Shown one piece after another: positions 60,165-64,000 of a stretch of 64,000 nt of DNA. The notes under the pieces were generated by a model. The model was not told where the DNA came from, did not search any database, and saw nothing but the letters and a program-made list of their open reading frames with translations. The stretch lies in assembly GCF_009914755.1 (NCBI RefSeq), contig NC_060944.1; one strand, 5' to 3'. The translations under genes were made by a program, and so were the position numbers. Origin of the DNA: the human T2T-CHM13v2.0 reference genome, Homo sapiens. Every line of letters starts with the position of its first letter. Position 1 is the first letter of the stretch.

Positions 60165-60428
60165 GCTGTATACAAATAGATAAAAGAAATAAGACCTGGT
60201 GTTCTATAGATTAGTAGGGTGGCTGTAGTTAACATTAATCAACTGTAGATTTCAAAATAGCTAGAAGAGAATAATTCCAGTGTCCCTAGCATAAAGAAAA
60301 GATAAACATTTAAGACAGACAACCCAATTACCCTGATTTGATTACGTGAATGTATTAAATTATCAAATGTACCCTGAAAATATGTACATCTAATATGTAT
60401 CAACAAAAATAAATTAATCTTTTAAAAA
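60165..60428 (+). mobile_element. L1MA-type 3' end
   Basis: tttcaaaatagctagaagaga..cccaattaccctgatttg..tgtaccctgaaaatatgtac. Confidence 0.8.
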
Positions 60429-60643
60429 GAAGCTACTTGCCCTAGGGAAAAAATTAATGTAGATATCCCTATAATATGAACAGTTCTTTAAGTAGACATA
60501 GAACATGTTCCATGAAAATTGAAGAATTCTGACAAAACTGCAGTTGTTTAAAGATTAAAGATGATAGTCATGTAAAATGCATGCATCTTTAACTTGGTAA
60601 CTAACCACTGCTTCTTTACATCTGTTCTGCTTTCAGTCCTTAA

Positions 60644-60944
<301 letters not shown>

Positions 60945-61094
60945 AAGTTATTTACTTTTTAAGAAAACGTTTAAGCCACCATAAATCCTTTTCAAAAGGG
61001 CAATGACAAATAAGTACATGCGTAAGACATATTTTGGTGGTTCTCTGTCATATAAACCCACACTCCATTCCCCCAGGCCCAGGTGTAGACTCAC

Positions 61095-61232
61095 CCTGTA
61101 GATATAATCCAGCAAGGGGGCTCTGGCCGAATGCTGCTCCTCTAGGACTGCTGTGGACACGGGGTGGAGAAGGACACTCACGGGCAATGCCATGCACCAG
61201 TCCAAGAGGCAGAGTAGCAAGGACACAATAAA
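61095..61232 (-). CDS. RALGAPA2: RALGAPA2 coding exon ([17 protein letters not shown]...LLDYIYR), 138 nt, phase 0/0
   Basis: ttcttcttccag acceptor, AGG|gtgagt donor; LLLCLLDW motif typical of RalGAP-alpha proteins. Confidence 0.95.
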
Positions 61233-61518
61233 CTGGAAGAAGAACATGCCCGGTAGCTTATGCTGCAGTCTCTTAAACCTCACTACATGTAATAATAAGA
61301 GAATTATCCCTACACCCAGTATTCAGTGGACATGCAGGTGCTAGATAAGTAGGTAAGTAAATAAATAAATAAATAAGTAGCATTTTCACAAAAAAGACTG
61401 TTAAGGCCAATAGAGAAGGATATTACAAAGGATATCACTAGTTGTAACATTATTTATCATTTTACCTTACATTAAAATAAAAAAACTATAGGAAAAACTT
61501 AGTTAATGTGCCACCTAC

Positions 61519-61587
61519 CTTCTTGTCTGTTTCCACTGAGGAGTACTCTGCACTTGGTAAAAGAAAAGCAACTGTGGCCACGAGGAT
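61519..61587 (-). CDS. RALGAPA2: RALGAPA2 coding exon ([23 protein letters not shown]), 69 nt, phase 0/0
   Basis: tttatgcag acceptor, AAG|gtaggt donor; lies within ORF 61486..61674. Confidence 0.92.
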
Positions 61588-62940
61588 CTGCATAAAAGAT
61601 AAATCCCCAATCAAACAGACCATATTTGTAAGCCTTTGTAAGCCTATGTTAGGAGTCCCACGATGGCCTTGCAACTAAACCCAGCTTGGTGCCAACTCAC
61701 CACAGAAAGGTGATAAAAAGCAGAGGGCCAGCTGTGTGGTGATCTTGAAAATTAGGGAAAGACAATGGGGCCACATCCAGTTTCCACTCTACTTTTCTGG
61801 TTGAAAAATTAGGAGGGAAGGCAGAGAAAAGAGTATTTCTCTCTGCAGTCACATAATTCTGAACATTGGTTTCCACAGTTTTCATAGTGAAGTAAAAAAA
61901 TACTTCTAAAAATAATTATGAAAATGCTCCCATTTTAGTTTTATTGTAAATTACCCTACATCTCCACCTGCTATCCTGGTGTAAACAGCACCCCTTTTAT
62001 TCTCAAAAGCAGTCCCATTTAGATGATAAATTACATCATCACCCCAAAACCCTACTTTCCATTTCAGAGCACTTTATGTTCCCATGTCCAAACTCCATTT
62101 CACTCTAGGTCACTTAAGGTCAAAAATCACTTGTGCCTTTTAACGTGTCTCTGAGAGAACAAAGTGTTCTTTCCAGTGAAATCTGTCTAGGGCTGAGAGA
62201 AAATAAATGAATATCACTTCTCTCTCCTTGTAATACCTCATGGGGACAAATGAAGTTTCCTCGAAGAGTTACCACTGGATGTATAAGAACAGGGCATGTT
62301 TTTAAAGTGCAGCTACAAAAATCAGTAGAAGTGCCTTATCCCATGGACACCTACGGGAGTGAAGCTGCCTGCTTGTGTACAGGCAAAGCACACTTGGATG
62401 CAAGTGGCCTTCAGGATATGACTGTGGAGAAGATTCTTCCTATTCCTTCCGCCCCTCTTTCCTACCAGTTACCCCCACAAAGGTTATCGTGGTAGCAATC
62501 TCATTACAGCCGGTAATCATGCTAGGGCAGAAAGTGTGGTCCAGGGCTTTAGTCTGGGAGAGACTTCTGTTTTACACAACAGCTGCCCCCCTCCACCCCT
62601 CACGGAGGGCATCATAACCAGCTGCCTACTCCTTGTTGGCACCATCCAAATTGCTCTTGATGAATGAAGCCCAATCTACAAAAGGTCTCTTTGTTGTGGT
62701 CGTGCCTGCCTTTCAAACTCCCCAAGTATAAGCCTCTGTCTGGAATACTGCTGGCTTCTTTACATAGTGCCTGAAATCACAGCTGAGAAGAACCAGTCTA
62801 ACTTAATCTTAAAACGAGTGACTTGTGGCAATTTAATAGTTGGTTCTCTAACAATTATTTGAATATCTATAATTAATTAAATATCAAATACAGTAAAAAG
62901 GAAATGCTTATGTTTTAGTATTACAGAAAAAAAGACTTAC

Positions 62941-63051
62941 TTCTGCCATTTTCCGAGGCAGAGAGGTTTCAAACATCTGAAGCTTCTCCCAGTAGGAAAC
63001 CAGCAACTGAAGGACATCGCAAGCTACCTGGGCCACGATTTTGTTGGGAAA
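62941..63051 (-). CDS. RALGAPA2: RALGAPA2 internal coding exon ([37 protein letters not shown]), 111 nt, phase 0/0
   Basis: ttttatag acceptor and GAA|gtaagt donor; 37 open codons joining in frame to the next exon; this frame is missed by the ORF track. Confidence 0.92.
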
Positions 63052-64000
63052 CTATAAAAGGAAACCGAATCCCAAAGCAGACACATAACTTAACAGGTGT
63101 ATCGTTCTTAAGGACAAAATAGTTATTTCTTCTCAGTTCCTTATAGATTACATTTATCTGTTTTGCCTCAAATTGATGAAAAATATGTCCTATTACCACA
63201 GAGTTTAGACATCGTCACATCACCATTTTAAAACTGTCTCTTCTCTAGCCTCACTGTGTTAATTTACATAACGTTCTACAGGAACAAGGAGCTTTCATTT
63301 ACTCATTTGGAAATTAAAACCATAATTCAAATTTCTTATTCAGCTCACATAAATCATATTTTTGACAACTAGAGAAAATTAAAATGTACCCCCATACACT
63401 GAACCTTTTACAAGGATTTTACTCATTCTCTCACTGATAAATCTTCACTGACAGCTCTGCAAGGTAGATGTTATTTTCATTTTACACATGGAGAAACAGG
63501 GATTGATCAAATGGCTTTCTATCCTATGAAATAAAACTTGACCTACATGTATAACATACTAAGAATGTGTAAAATTAGAGTGTAGGAGAAGATAACTAAT
63601 GAATTATGGTATACTCAATTATTTTGAGTATGTTTCCTGAGGCTGGCGTGCATCTCAAGTCACCAACAAGGGCTGGATGCTTCCATTGATTGCGAGGCAG
63701 CATGTCTAAGGGCAGCACCTTCAAGGTCTTACTTTTTCATGCTGGGAGAGCACAGAAGGGACAAGGGCACCCTCTGCTTCCCTCCCTGGCCAGAACATGG
63801 GGCTACACCATTATCCATATCTCATTATCTATAGCAGGAAAGGTTCGTCGCTGACCCTAGTCTAGGGACACCTCACTCTAAGCCACATGAAGCAGACCAT
63901 CATCAACTTTTAGTGCCCCAGTGACAAATGTACAGAATAAGGAAGAAGATAAGGGAAAGGTTTTTAATTCTACAGAATAAACAGTTACTGACTACCCCTA

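Overview
Primate (most likely human) genomic DNA lying entirely inside the 3' half of RALGAPA2 (Ral GTPase-activating protein alpha-2 catalytic subunit, chr20p11), which is transcribed on the - strand. Ten coding exons with consistent splice phases can be joined: 62941-63051, 61519-61587, 61095-61232, 57606-57789, 49202-49973, 47943-48014, 42100-42223, 40040-40195, 31806-31964 and 9520-9647 (1913 nt, about 637 aa). They include the RapGAP-family domain with the catalytic LRHLGNDEV Asn motif. The gene start and final exons lie outside the window. Introns hold Alus, nested old L1s, L2/MIR, MER2/MER30/MER58 elements, a near full-length dead Tigger1 and a 3'-truncated L1 with two stacked 5'UTRs. 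Almost all other ORFs in the track are spurious. The most notable signals are: (1) a minor-spliceosome (U12-type) donor after the last exon in the window, with an in-frame stop, a TACTAAC motif and a strong U2 donor 73 nt downstream; (2) a candidate 54-nt in-frame cassette exon (28174-28227) within the GAP domain; (3) a purine-rich candidate poison exon; (4) motif-dense non-repetitive intronic blocks that may be neural/endocrine enhancers. Gene identity and repeat families come from recognition, not from database searches. I see no evidence of a wholly new gene system.
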